51,325 nucleotides of DNA from Eubacteriales bacterium (lineage in GTDB: Bacteria > Bacillota > Clostridia > Oscillospirales > CAG-272): the NCBI GenBank assembly GCA_045660125.1, contig JAZRDG010000097.1, positions 1 through 51,325 of the forward strand, in the 5' to 3' direction. Of this stretch, positions 32,852 to 40,194 are shown piece after piece. A program made the position numbers and the translations under genes. Under the pieces are notes generated by a model that did not search any database, had not been told where the DNA came from, and worked only from the letters and a program-made list of their open reading frames with translations. How positions within the stretch are numbered: position 1 is the stretch's first letter; the number at the start of each line of letters is the position of its first letter.

Positions 32852-33994
32852 TCACATTTCGTAAGGATTGCATTTGATAAATCTGTATTCCCCCGTGACC
32901 ACATTGACAAAAAGTATGTTAGTTGCGAGAAATGACGGGCTGTTCCCCGGTGCCGACACATAGAAGCTCTCGGAAACAAAGCCCACCCAGTCACCGCATA
33001 CAAACTCGTTGTTTCTGTCCGGTGACGTCATCACATATGCAAAATCCTCCACGTGGCACAAAAGACGATCTCCCGTGCCGTCCAAATTTACAACGTACAC
33101 GTTACCGCCGTATCGATCTTTGATCTCCACACCGTTTTCATCAGTCCAGACTCTCGTAGGGGCATACTTAAAGTAGAGCAGCTTGTCGCCGTAAACGTAG
33201 AAGTCTGCAATATCCTCTGCAATCAAAACCTCTTCGCCCGTGGTAAGATCCTTGCAGTACATCTTATCGATAGTCCACTTGTCAGGCATCTCCCAACGCA
33301 GCAGATATTTTCCCCATTCGCGGCAGTAGTTTTGCTCATATATGCGCCAATCGTCTCCGAGCAGATCAGTAGAGTAATAAATGAGATCATCCACCCATAC
33401 GATTCTGCCTGCTTCCACGAAATCCATCCTGGCAAACGGATGACCGCAATCGATGACTTCAAGTGCGCCGCTTTGCGTGTCCAATCTGTAGACAGTCGTT
33501 GTAAATTCGCCTTCAACCTTGGTAGGAAGATGCTCCGTAAAATAGAGATAATAATTGTAAGAGAAAATGCGGCTCAATCTTCCGTTTGTGGCGCGTATTT
33601 CTTCCACCTTCATGCTGTCGGCGTCATACGAGCGCAGGCTCTGATGTCCTTCCGGATCAACCAAGGTGTAATACAGCACGTTTCCAATAGAGGTCATCAA
33701 GCGCGAATCAACGGCAAACTGACAGTCGGATCCGTATCTTTGGTGCGGACAAAACGGATCCGGACAGACAATGGCTGCCGTGCCCGTGGGAATATGATAT
33801 TTCAACAAAATACCATTGTCGGCGTAAAATACGTACTCTCCCCCGACGTTTCCTATCTCCACCCCTGCCACTTCAAGCTGGCTTTCTGTGATCTTTTCTT
33901 TTGGTGGCTTCATAGGTCTGTCGGGCTGCTTTTCACAGGAGCACGTAAAGATTGCCAGCAAGGCAAGGGTTATAAGAAAATATTGGCGTTTCAT
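32852..33994 (-). CDS. Lipoprotein, DUF5050-like paralog e
   Basis: Lipobox MKRQYFLITLALLAIFTC|SC. Motifs KYHIPTGTAAIVCPDPFCPH and YNYYLYFTE. Confidence 0.85.
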   Translation of the reverse strand: MKRQYFLITLALLAIFTCSCEKQPDRPMKPPKEKITESQLEVAGVEIGNVGGEYVFYADNGILLKYHIPTGTAAIVCPDPFCPHQRYGSDCQFAVDSRLMTSIGNVLYYTLVDPEGHQSLRSYDADSMKVEEIRATNGRLSRIFSYNYYLYFTEHLPTKVEGEFTTTVYRLDTQSGALEVIDCGHPFARMDFVEAGRIVWVDDLIYYSTDLLGDDWRIYEQNYCREWGKYLLRWEMPDKWTIDKMYCKDLTTGEEVLIAEDIADFYVYGDKLLYFKYAPTRVWTDENGVEIKDRYGGNVYVVNLDGTGDRLLCHVEDFAYVMTSPDRNNEFVCGDWVGFVSESFYVSAPGNSPSFLATNILFVNVVTGEYRFIKCNPYEM

Positions 33995-34026
33995 AAAAAC
34001 TCCCTTCTTTCAAAATAGGCGTTTCA

Positions 34027-35196
34027 TTATTCAAAGGGATCATATCTGATCAGCTTATATTCCCCCGTGACTACGTTCACGATCAGCATATCGGTGTCTG
34101 TATAGGTCTCAGGCTGCTCGGTACCGGTTGGTCTTAAGTAAATGTTTTCCACCGCAATACCAACCCAATCTCCGCAATTATACTCGTTGTTTCTGCTTGA
34201 TGACATACCTCCGATCACGCAATCGTCCACGTGGCACAGCAGACGGTTGTCCGAGCCGTCCATATTCATAACGTACACGTTACCGCCAAAGCGATCGATA
34301 TAGTCCAAGCCGTCCATCACAGCCCAGACTCTCGGATTTTCTTCAAACATGAAATAAAGGATCTTGTCACCGTAGAAATAGTTTGGTCCTATATCCTTGG
34401 CAACCACAAATTCCTCCTTGGTGGCTGGGTCCTTGCGGTATATCGTTTGGGTAAAGGTCATATTTCCCGCGCCATACTCGACTTCCCATCTGTACCTGTA
34501 GCCTCCCCACTGTTGGCAGAAATTCCATTCATACACGTCCACGCAGTCACCGTCCAGATCCGTCGATAAATACTCGTTACCTTCCTTCCAGATAATCATG
34601 TTGTCCTGCACCGTGTAGATCTTGGCAAGCGGATGTCCGCAGTCGATGACGTCAAGCGCGCCGCTTTGCGTGTCCAGACGATAAACCGTCGTCTTGAATT
34701 CCTCTTCTACGTTGGTAGGCAGTTTTTCGAAAAAGTACAGGTAATAATTGTACGCAAACAGATTGCCGATCACCCCATCAGAGGCGCGAAGCTCTTCAAT
34801 TTTCATATCTTCACCGTTATAAGAGCGCAGGTGCATCTGCTCGTCGTCTTCGCTTCTGACTACGTAATACAGCATGTTTCCGATGGCTGACATTTGGGAT
34901 GGGCCGATAGAAAACGGGCAAGTGATGGCATCGTGATCGCAAAAAGGATCTTGGCAGACTGTGGTTGCCGTGCCCGTGGGGATATGGTATTTTAATAAGA
35001 GCCCCTTGTTGCCGACGTTGATTGACCGATAAATGTAATCTCCTGGGATGGTTCCCGTTTCCACCCCTGCCACTTCAAGCTGGCTTTCTGTGATCTTTTC
35101 TTTTGGTGGCTTCATAGGTCTGTCGGGCTGCTTTTCACAGGAGCAGATAACGACCGTCAATACCGCAAGAAAAACGAGTAATGCTTTGCATTTCAT
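34027..35196 (-). CDS. Lipoprotein, DUF5050-like paralog f
   Basis: Lipobox MKCKALLVFLAVLTVVIC|SC. Motifs KYHIPTGTATTVCQDPFCDH and YNYYLYFFE. Confidence 0.85.
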   Translation of the reverse strand: MKCKALLVFLAVLTVVICSCEKQPDRPMKPPKEKITESQLEVAGVETGTIPGDYIYRSINVGNKGLLLKYHIPTGTATTVCQDPFCDHDAITCPFSIGPSQMSAIGNMLYYVVRSEDDEQMHLRSYNGEDMKIEELRASDGVIGNLFAYNYYLYFFEKLPTNVEEEFKTTVYRLDTQSGALDVIDCGHPLAKIYTVQDNMIIWKEGNEYLSTDLDGDCVDVYEWNFCQQWGGYRYRWEVEYGAGNMTFTQTIYRKDPATKEEFVVAKDIGPNYFYGDKILYFMFEENPRVWAVMDGLDYIDRFGGNVYVMNMDGSDNRLLCHVDDCVIGGMSSSRNNEYNCGDWVGIAVENIYLRPTGTEQPETYTDTDMLIVNVVTGEYKLIRYDPFE

Positions 35197-35227
35197 AAGA
35201 GCATCCTTTCAAAACGAGTTAATTCAC

Positions 35228-35255
35228 GACAGCCGCGGCTTTCGCTGCGGCTGTC
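35228..35255. terminator. GC-rich hairpin (family copy 2 of 4, loop inverted)
   Basis: GACAGCCGC ggctttcgct GCGGCTGTC. Lies between the anti-sigma-like gene stop (35276) and the lipoprotein f start. No clear T-run. Confidence 0.4.
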
Positions 35256-35275
35256 GGGGTTGGGGAAAACAATGA

Positions 35276-36796
35276 CTATTGGGGATAAATGATAAAGAAC
35301 GGTTGCTCCATATCCGACGTGTGCAGATAGATGCAGTCATGCTTATCCACCTTTCCGTAAACGACGTTGCTCTCCCACTCTGCAAGCGTGCCGGGATAAT
35401 TGTAGATCACTTGATAAGCATGCGAATATTCCTTTTCACCGCCAAAGAACTTTAAGCTTGCGGGCAGGTAGATATGCACGATCGGCTGATCTTCGACCAA
35501 CGCGTCGTTTGCAAAGCAATGGCGTCCGATCTGGATCACGCCCTCGGGAATGCGCAAGGCAACCTCGCCCTGAGCATTCGGCTGCAGGCGACAGTACAGA
35601 AAAGCGTTAGGATCCATGATGCGAATATCCACGTCCGTGGGGAAATCGCCGTCCTCGCGCAGATACAGCTTGAGCGTACCCGTGGCGGTGTCCACCAGAC
35701 ACCCGTCGATCATCTTGAGCGTAGGATTCTCCTCTGCTACCGTGACCGTCTCCAGCGAGGGCAGATTTGCCCACATGGCGTTATTGATCGAGCTGACGGT
35801 TTTGGGAATGGTAATACCCACGGCACAAGACAAAGCCGCGTCACGCAAAATGGTCAGGCACAGCTCGGCACTTTCCCTGCTGCCGCTCTGCTTTGCCAAC
35901 TGCACGACCTCACTCACGCTCTGCTCGTACTTTTCCTCATCCCATTCGCAGTACTTGGTCAGATATCCGTAGATCTTGCTGACTTCGGCACTCGATGCAA
36001 GCAAGTCAAACACGTATACGTCACCCATCTCTGCAATGGGGTAGATGTTCGCAAGCTCCTCGCGACCGATATCGTCAAGGCCTGCAACCGACAGGTTTAA
36101 ATAATACGCTCTGAGCTTCTCCAGCTCAAAATTGCTGATGCCGTTTTGCTTTGCAACTTCACACAGCGCTTGCAAGGTCTGGGCGGTCAGCACGTACGGG
36201 AAAGACGCAACGTGCGATTGCTTGACTCCGGTAAACTGATCAATATCGATTGCCGTGACGATATCCCCTGCGGGAGAGGTCTCGGGGATCTCGATCACAA
36301 AATCCTCGGTAACGCCGGGGGCGGTGGTGATATACTCCAGCGTGCAGGTGCCGTCGCCGCCCGAAACGAAATACAGGCGGTAGGGCTTGCCGTCTTCAAA
36401 CGTGTCCTGCGCGCTAAGACCTGCAAACTGCGACTGCGCCAGCACGTTTACTACGGGCAGATCCTGCATCAGCGTCCAAAGTGGCTGCGGCAGCGTTTGC
36501 TCCAGCTTCCCTGCCATCTTGTCCTGCCAGAGCACGAATCCATCAATTTTCATGAGCTCTTGGGTCAACGCCTCGGAGTCACCCTGAAGCACCGCTCTGC
36601 CCACGGGGTTTGATAACATGCCGGCGGGCACGCAGGCGCAAAGTAAGATTGCCACGCAAGCCGCCACGGCAAGCACGCGCACGCGCATTCTTTTTCGAGC
36701 ATGCTTGCGCGCAAGCTCTTTATCCATTGTAAAATACTGCGCCAAAAGCTGATCGTCCAGCTCTGTCAGTTCTACGAAAAGCTGCTTTCTTTTCAT
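35276..36796 (-). CDS. Membrane-anchored anti-sigma-like sensor with BspA-type LRR-like ectodomain (pair 1)
   Basis: ATGA overlap with its sigma gene. N-terminal module (LTELDDQLLAQYFTMDKELARKHARKRMRVRVLAVAACVAILLCACVP). Ectodomain repeats (IPKTVSSINNAMW...NPTLKMIDGCLVD...GTLKLYL). Paralog of 40195..41727. Confidence 0.75.
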   Translation of the reverse strand: MKRKQLFVELTELDDQLLAQYFTMDKELARKHARKRMRVRVLAVAACVAILLCACVPAGMLSNPVGRAVLQGDSEALTQELMKIDGFVLWQDKMAGKLEQTLPQPLWTLMQDLPVVNVLAQSQFAGLSAQDTFEDGKPYRLYFVSGGDGTCTLEYITTAPGVTEDFVIEIPETSPAGDIVTAIDIDQFTGVKQSHVASFPYVLTAQTLQALCEVAKQNGISNFELEKLRAYYLNLSVAGLDDIGREELANIYPIAEMGDVYVFDLLASSAEVSKIYGYLTKYCEWDEEKYEQSVSEVVQLAKQSGSRESAELCLTILRDAALSCAVGITIPKTVSSINNAMWANLPSLETVTVAEENPTLKMIDGCLVDTATGTLKLYLREDGDFPTDVDIRIMDPNAFLYCRLQPNAQGEVALRIPEGVIQIGRHCFANDALVEDQPIVHIYLPASLKFFGGEKEYSHAYQVIYNYPGTLAEWESNVVYGKVDKHDCIYLHTSDMEQPFFIIYPQ

Positions 36797-37380
36797 ACTG
36801 TGATGCCCTCCTGTTCCAATTTTTCGCGCAGCTCAAGCTTGATCGCGGCAAGCTCTTTTCTGACCAGCGTTTGACTGCAGCCAAGTCTTTCAGCAATCTG
36901 CGCAATGGTCAGGGAAAAGAAAAATCGCGAGATGAAAATATACATTCTGCGCTTGGTGGTAGACTTCAAGTACGTATTGACGATTGCCATCACGGTTGCG
37001 GCTTGCAGCTCTGCTTCGGGGTCGTTCTCGCCCGGCAAAACCTCCTGCACTTCCTCAAAGGGAACGCACGATGCACTCGGCACGCGCTTTTTCCTGTGAT
37101 CGGTTTCGTAGCGATGTAAGGACAGATTGCGTGTGATCTTGACCAAAAACGCCGGAAATACGCGCGGACGCTCGGGCGGAACGGCATTCCACACACGCAA
37201 ATACGTATCCTGCAGGCATTCCTCGGTATCCTGCTCGTTGGATAAAATATTAAACGCGACGGTATGCAAATATGCGCTGTATTTCTTATCGGTCTCGGCA
37301 ATCGCGCGCTCCTCGCGGGCAAAATACAGATCAATGATCTGTTCGTCCGAAAGAAACACATCCGGTTGTTTTCTCGCCAT
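36793..37380 (-). CDS. ECF-like sigma-70 family sigma factor (pair 1)
   Basis: SD GGAGGTG lies 4 nt before the ATG at 37380 (the ORF track starts at 37407). Region 2 DTEECLQDTYLRVWNAVPP, region 4 LTIAQIAERLGCSQTLVRKELAAIKLELR. Confidence 0.85.
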   Translation of the reverse strand: MARKQPDVFLSDEQIIDLYFAREERAIAETDKKYSAYLHTVAFNILSNEQDTEECLQDTYLRVWNAVPPERPRVFPAFLVKITRNLSLHRYETDHRKKRVPSASCVPFEEVQEVLPGENDPEAELQAATVMAIVNTYLKSTTKRRMYIFISRFFFSLTIAQIAERLGCSQTLVRKELAAIKLELREKLEQEGITV

Positions 37381-37417
37381 GCTGCACCTCCATGTTTTTT
37401 GCTTCAATCCCCTTATC

Positions 37418-37450
37418 TATCTATATAGACCGCATTTGCGTCCGAAATCG
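37418..37450 (-). promoter_or_regulatory. Shared promoter-proximal motif GCAAA..TGC(C/G)GTCTATATAG (copy 1 of 4)
   Basis: Minus strand reads CGATTTCGGACGCAAATGCGGTCTATATAGAT and ends 37 nt upstream of the sigma ATG. Confidence 0.55.
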
Positions 37451-37478
37451 CACCGCTTTTTCAGGGTTTTTCAAAATT

Positions 37479-37507
37479 ATTTTATCATATAGGAAGAATT
37501 TTGACAA
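37479..37507 (-). promoter_or_regulatory. SigmaA-type promoter upstream of sigma gene 1
   Basis: On the minus strand: TTGTCA, 17-nt spacer, TAAAAT. The same sequence block recurs at 40076-40104. Confidence 0.55.
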
Positions 37508-37510
37508 GTG

Positions 37511-37547
37511 GGGCGCGCGCAGGAAGATTTTTCCCCTGCGCGCGCCC
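37511..37547. other. Perfect 13-bp GC-rich hairpin
   Basis: GGGCGCGCGCAGG / CCTGCGCGCGCCC with an 11-nt loop, AAGATTTTTCC. The equivalent position upstream of sigma 2 (about 40108-40140) has only the left arm. Confidence 0.6.
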
Positions 37548-37550
37548 GTG

Positions 37551-37587
37551 CAAAAGCAAAACAGCGGCGGGGCGAAAGCCGCGGCTG
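37551..37587 (-). terminator. GC-rich GAAA-loop hairpin terminator (family copy 3 of 4)
   Basis: CAGCGGCGG..cgaaag..CCGCGGCTG with one mismatch, followed on the minus strand by TTTTGCTTTTGC. Just after the stop of the 599-aa gene. Confidence 0.65.
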
Positions 37588-37595
37588 AAATTGTG

Positions 37596-39395
37596 TTATT
37601 TGATAGGCTCGGTCAGATAGATCAGCAAGGATGCGGAATCGAACACGGGATTTGCATACCCCGGAAGGTCATTCATCACCTGCACCTGGCAATCCATTGC
37701 CAAGCGACCGTCCTGCGTGATCACAAAGCCGTTAAATTGGCGATAGGCATAGCTGCTCGTTTCCTCCATGCCATCCAGCGTATCAAGCATAGATTGCTTT
37801 AAATACTCAGGAATGCTATCCAGCAAACGCAACGAGCCGGTATAGGCCAGCAGAAAGCCCTCGATGACACGGTTGTCGCTATCGTACAATACATATACGG
37901 CATCACAGGACTCATAGCAGCCATTGATTCTTCTGGTATAACCGTACCAATCTTCCCCTTGATAAGATACATGGACACCGGAATCATACTGATCGAAATC
38001 GCTTACCAGAGTTTTCAAGTATTCCATTTCAGCGGTAAATATATCTTCGTAAATGCCCTGGTCCATAAACCCGCCTTCAAGCCAAAACATGACGCATTCC
38101 CCTGTTTCCTGATCAAAGCGCGCTTGATATTTTCTGCCGTCCGCAGTCTTGCCGGTATAATAATGCGTTGCCTGCAGGACAAGATCCTGCGTGGTGGAAT
38201 AGCTATACGTCAAAGCATACTCCACGTCGTGCAGCGTCAGCGTTCTTTCCTTGGGGGCGTTGGCGTCAATATAATTCTCACCTTCCACGTCGATATCCTT
38301 GACAAACGGATCAAGCTGGGGAGACGGCGTAGCGTCATAGGTCAGATACGCATGGTATTCCGGTTGCTCCAAAAACGCGCCGAACTGCGTATTCTCCCAT
38401 GCGTATTTGGGCTCTTCTATGGGCGGCTGAATGATCTGCTCAATAATGCCGGTAACCTCCAGCGAGCCAAACAGCTCGGATGCCTTGACCTCTTTTTGGC
38501 TGTCAACGTAGTAGCAGATCTCAACAAAGTTCCCATCAACCTCGCCCCACCACGTAACCGTATCGCCCGTGCCCGACGGGTGCGGCTCGCGCTGTTGCGC
38601 AAGCAAAAGCATGCGGTGGTCGTCTGTCAGCACAGGACCGTCCATGCCCATGTCTCCGCCAAGTGCATCCAGCACGGCAGTCAGGCGCGCTGCGGTATCC
38701 TGCTTTGTCCACGAGTACGTGCAGCGTACCCATTCCCCGTTGTCGGCTTCCACCGTCACGTAAAACGCCTCGTAAGGCTCGCCCGTGTCAACGCTGACCC
38801 CCTTGGAGTAGTTCAGCCACGTGATCTCGCCTTGCAAAAGGTGTACAAAAGGCGTCGTGTCCACCAGATTGACAAAATCGATCAGATCTTGACGGCTTTG
38901 CGCACCGCCGCCCATCACGCTTGACAGGTATTGCTGCAGCTCCTGCTCGTCCTGACAAAGTATCATCTCGCGCATTTCTGCAAGCTCGGCTGCACTGCGC
39001 AGATCAATGGATTCGGGCGGCTGGGGCACGTCCGGAGGCTCGGTTGCGTCCTCACCCGAATCGGTCGTGGTGTCGGGTTCTACGGGCGCGGTGCCATCCT
39101 CTGCGTTTGTCGTGTCCTCATAGATCGTCGTATCCTGCTCGCCGCTCGACTGCTCAGGCCAAACGATCTCTCCCGGGTTGATCACGGGCGGTTCTTTTTC
39201 AATACTTGCAATCAGCATGCCCACGGGCACGCACGCACTCATCAAAATTGCAAGGCATGCCGCCACGGCAAGCACGCGTATGACGTTCTTTTTACGCGCA
39301 TGCTTACGCGCCAGACGTATATCCATGCGGTGATAACGGTCTAATATGCCGTCATCGATCTCGCCAACTGCATCAAAAAGCAGTTCCTTATTCAT
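37596..39395 (-). CDS. Membrane-anchored anti-sigma-like sensor (pair 2), acidic linker plus large unique ectodomain
   Basis: ATGA overlap with its sigma gene. N-terminal module MNKELLFDAVGEIDDGILDRYHRMDIRLARKHARKKNVIRVLAVAACLAILMSACVP, then a Thr/Glu/Asp/Pro-rich linker and about 480 aa with no recognised domain. Confidence 0.75.
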   Translation of the reverse strand: MNKELLFDAVGEIDDGILDRYHRMDIRLARKHARKKNVIRVLAVAACLAILMSACVPVGMLIASIEKEPPVINPGEIVWPEQSSGEQDTTIYEDTTNAEDGTAPVEPDTTTDSGEDATEPPDVPQPPESIDLRSAAELAEMREMILCQDEQELQQYLSSVMGGGAQSRQDLIDFVNLVDTTPFVHLLQGEITWLNYSKGVSVDTGEPYEAFYVTVEADNGEWVRCTYSWTKQDTAARLTAVLDALGGDMGMDGPVLTDDHRMLLLAQQREPHPSGTGDTVTWWGEVDGNFVEICYYVDSQKEVKASELFGSLEVTGIIEQIIQPPIEEPKYAWENTQFGAFLEQPEYHAYLTYDATPSPQLDPFVKDIDVEGENYIDANAPKERTLTLHDVEYALTYSYSTTQDLVLQATHYYTGKTADGRKYQARFDQETGECVMFWLEGGFMDQGIYEDIFTAEMEYLKTLVSDFDQYDSGVHVSYQGEDWYGYTRRINGCYESCDAVYVLYDSDNRVIEGFLLAYTGSLRLLDSIPEYLKQSMLDTLDGMEETSSYAYRQFNGFVITQDGRLAMDCQVQVMNDLPGYANPVFDSASLLIYLTEPIK

Positions 39396-39979
39396 ATATC
39401 GATGCCCTCCTTATCCAAACATTTGCGGAGCTCTCGCCGAATCTCGGTAAGCTCCTTATTGACCAAGGTAGTGCTGCATGAAAGTCGCTTTGCGATCTGC
39501 GGAATGGTCAGAGAATAGAAATAACGTGACACAAATACGTACATGCGGCGATCGGATACGCTTTCCAAGTAACGGCTGATCACCTGCGCAATCGCCTTTG
39601 ATTTCAGCTCGCGCGCAAGCTCTTGCTGATCGGACACGCATTCGCCAAGCTCGTCAAGCGAAACGCTGACCTCACAGGGCACGCGCTTCTGCCGCTTTGC
39701 CGCCTTGTAGCGGTTGAGCGAAACGTTGCGCGTGATCTTTGCCAGATACGAATGGAAAAGCTTGGGGCGATCCGGAGGAATGGCGTTCCACGCGCGCAAA
39801 TAGGTGTCCTGCAAGCATTCTTCCACGTCCTGCTCGTTGGCAAGAATGTTGTACGCTACAGTATACAGATATTGGCAGTATTTTTTGTCGGTCTCGACAA
39901 TCGCGCGCTCCTCGCGTGCGAAGTACAGATCGATGATCTGCTCGTCGGACAGATACGCTTCTCGTTGTATTCTTGCCAT
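39392..39979 (-). CDS. ECF-like sigma-70 family sigma factor (pair 2)
   Basis: SD GGAGGTG. Region 2 DVEECLQDTYLRAWNAIPP, region 4 LTIPQIAKRLSCSTTLVNKELTEIRRELR. Confidence 0.85.
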   Translation of the reverse strand: MARIQREAYLSDEQIIDLYFAREERAIVETDKKYCQYLYTVAYNILANEQDVEECLQDTYLRAWNAIPPDRPKLFHSYLAKITRNVSLNRYKAAKRQKRVPCEVSVSLDELGECVSDQQELARELKSKAIAQVISRYLESVSDRRMYVFVSRYFYSLTIPQIAKRLSCSTTLVNKELTEIRRELRKCLDKEGIDI

Positions 39980-40014
39980 GCTGCACCTCCTTTGAGTGGA
40001 TTGTAAGGATCCTT

Positions 40015-40048
40015 CACCTATAAAGACACCGTTTTTTGCAAACCGTAC
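40015..40048 (-). promoter_or_regulatory. Shared promoter-proximal motif (copy 2 of 4, most diverged)
   Basis: Minus strand reads GTACGGTTTGCAAAAAACGGTGTCTTTATAGGTG and ends 35 nt upstream of the sigma ATG. Confidence 0.5.
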
Positions 40049-40075
40049 ACGCCTTTTTCCTGCTTTTTCAAATTT

Positions 40076-40104
40076 ATTTTACCATATAGCGAGAATTTTG
40101 ACAA
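40076..40104 (-). promoter_or_regulatory. SigmaA-type promoter upstream of sigma gene 2
   Basis: On the minus strand: TTGTCA, 17-nt spacer, TAAAAT. Confidence 0.55.
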
Positions 40105-40150
40105 GTGGGGTGCGCGCAGGAAGATATTTCCTCTTCGTTTGCCCATACAA

Positions 40151-40184
40151 AAAGCACAACAGCCGCGGCGAAAGCCGCGGCTGT
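40151..40184 (-). terminator. GC-rich GAAA-loop hairpin terminator (family copy 4 of 4)
   Basis: ACAGCCGCGGC gaaa GCCGCGGCTGT (40159-40184), followed on the minus strand by TTGTGCTTTTTGT. Just after the stop of the 510-aa gene. Confidence 0.7.
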
Positions 40185-40194
40185 CGGTGGCGCA

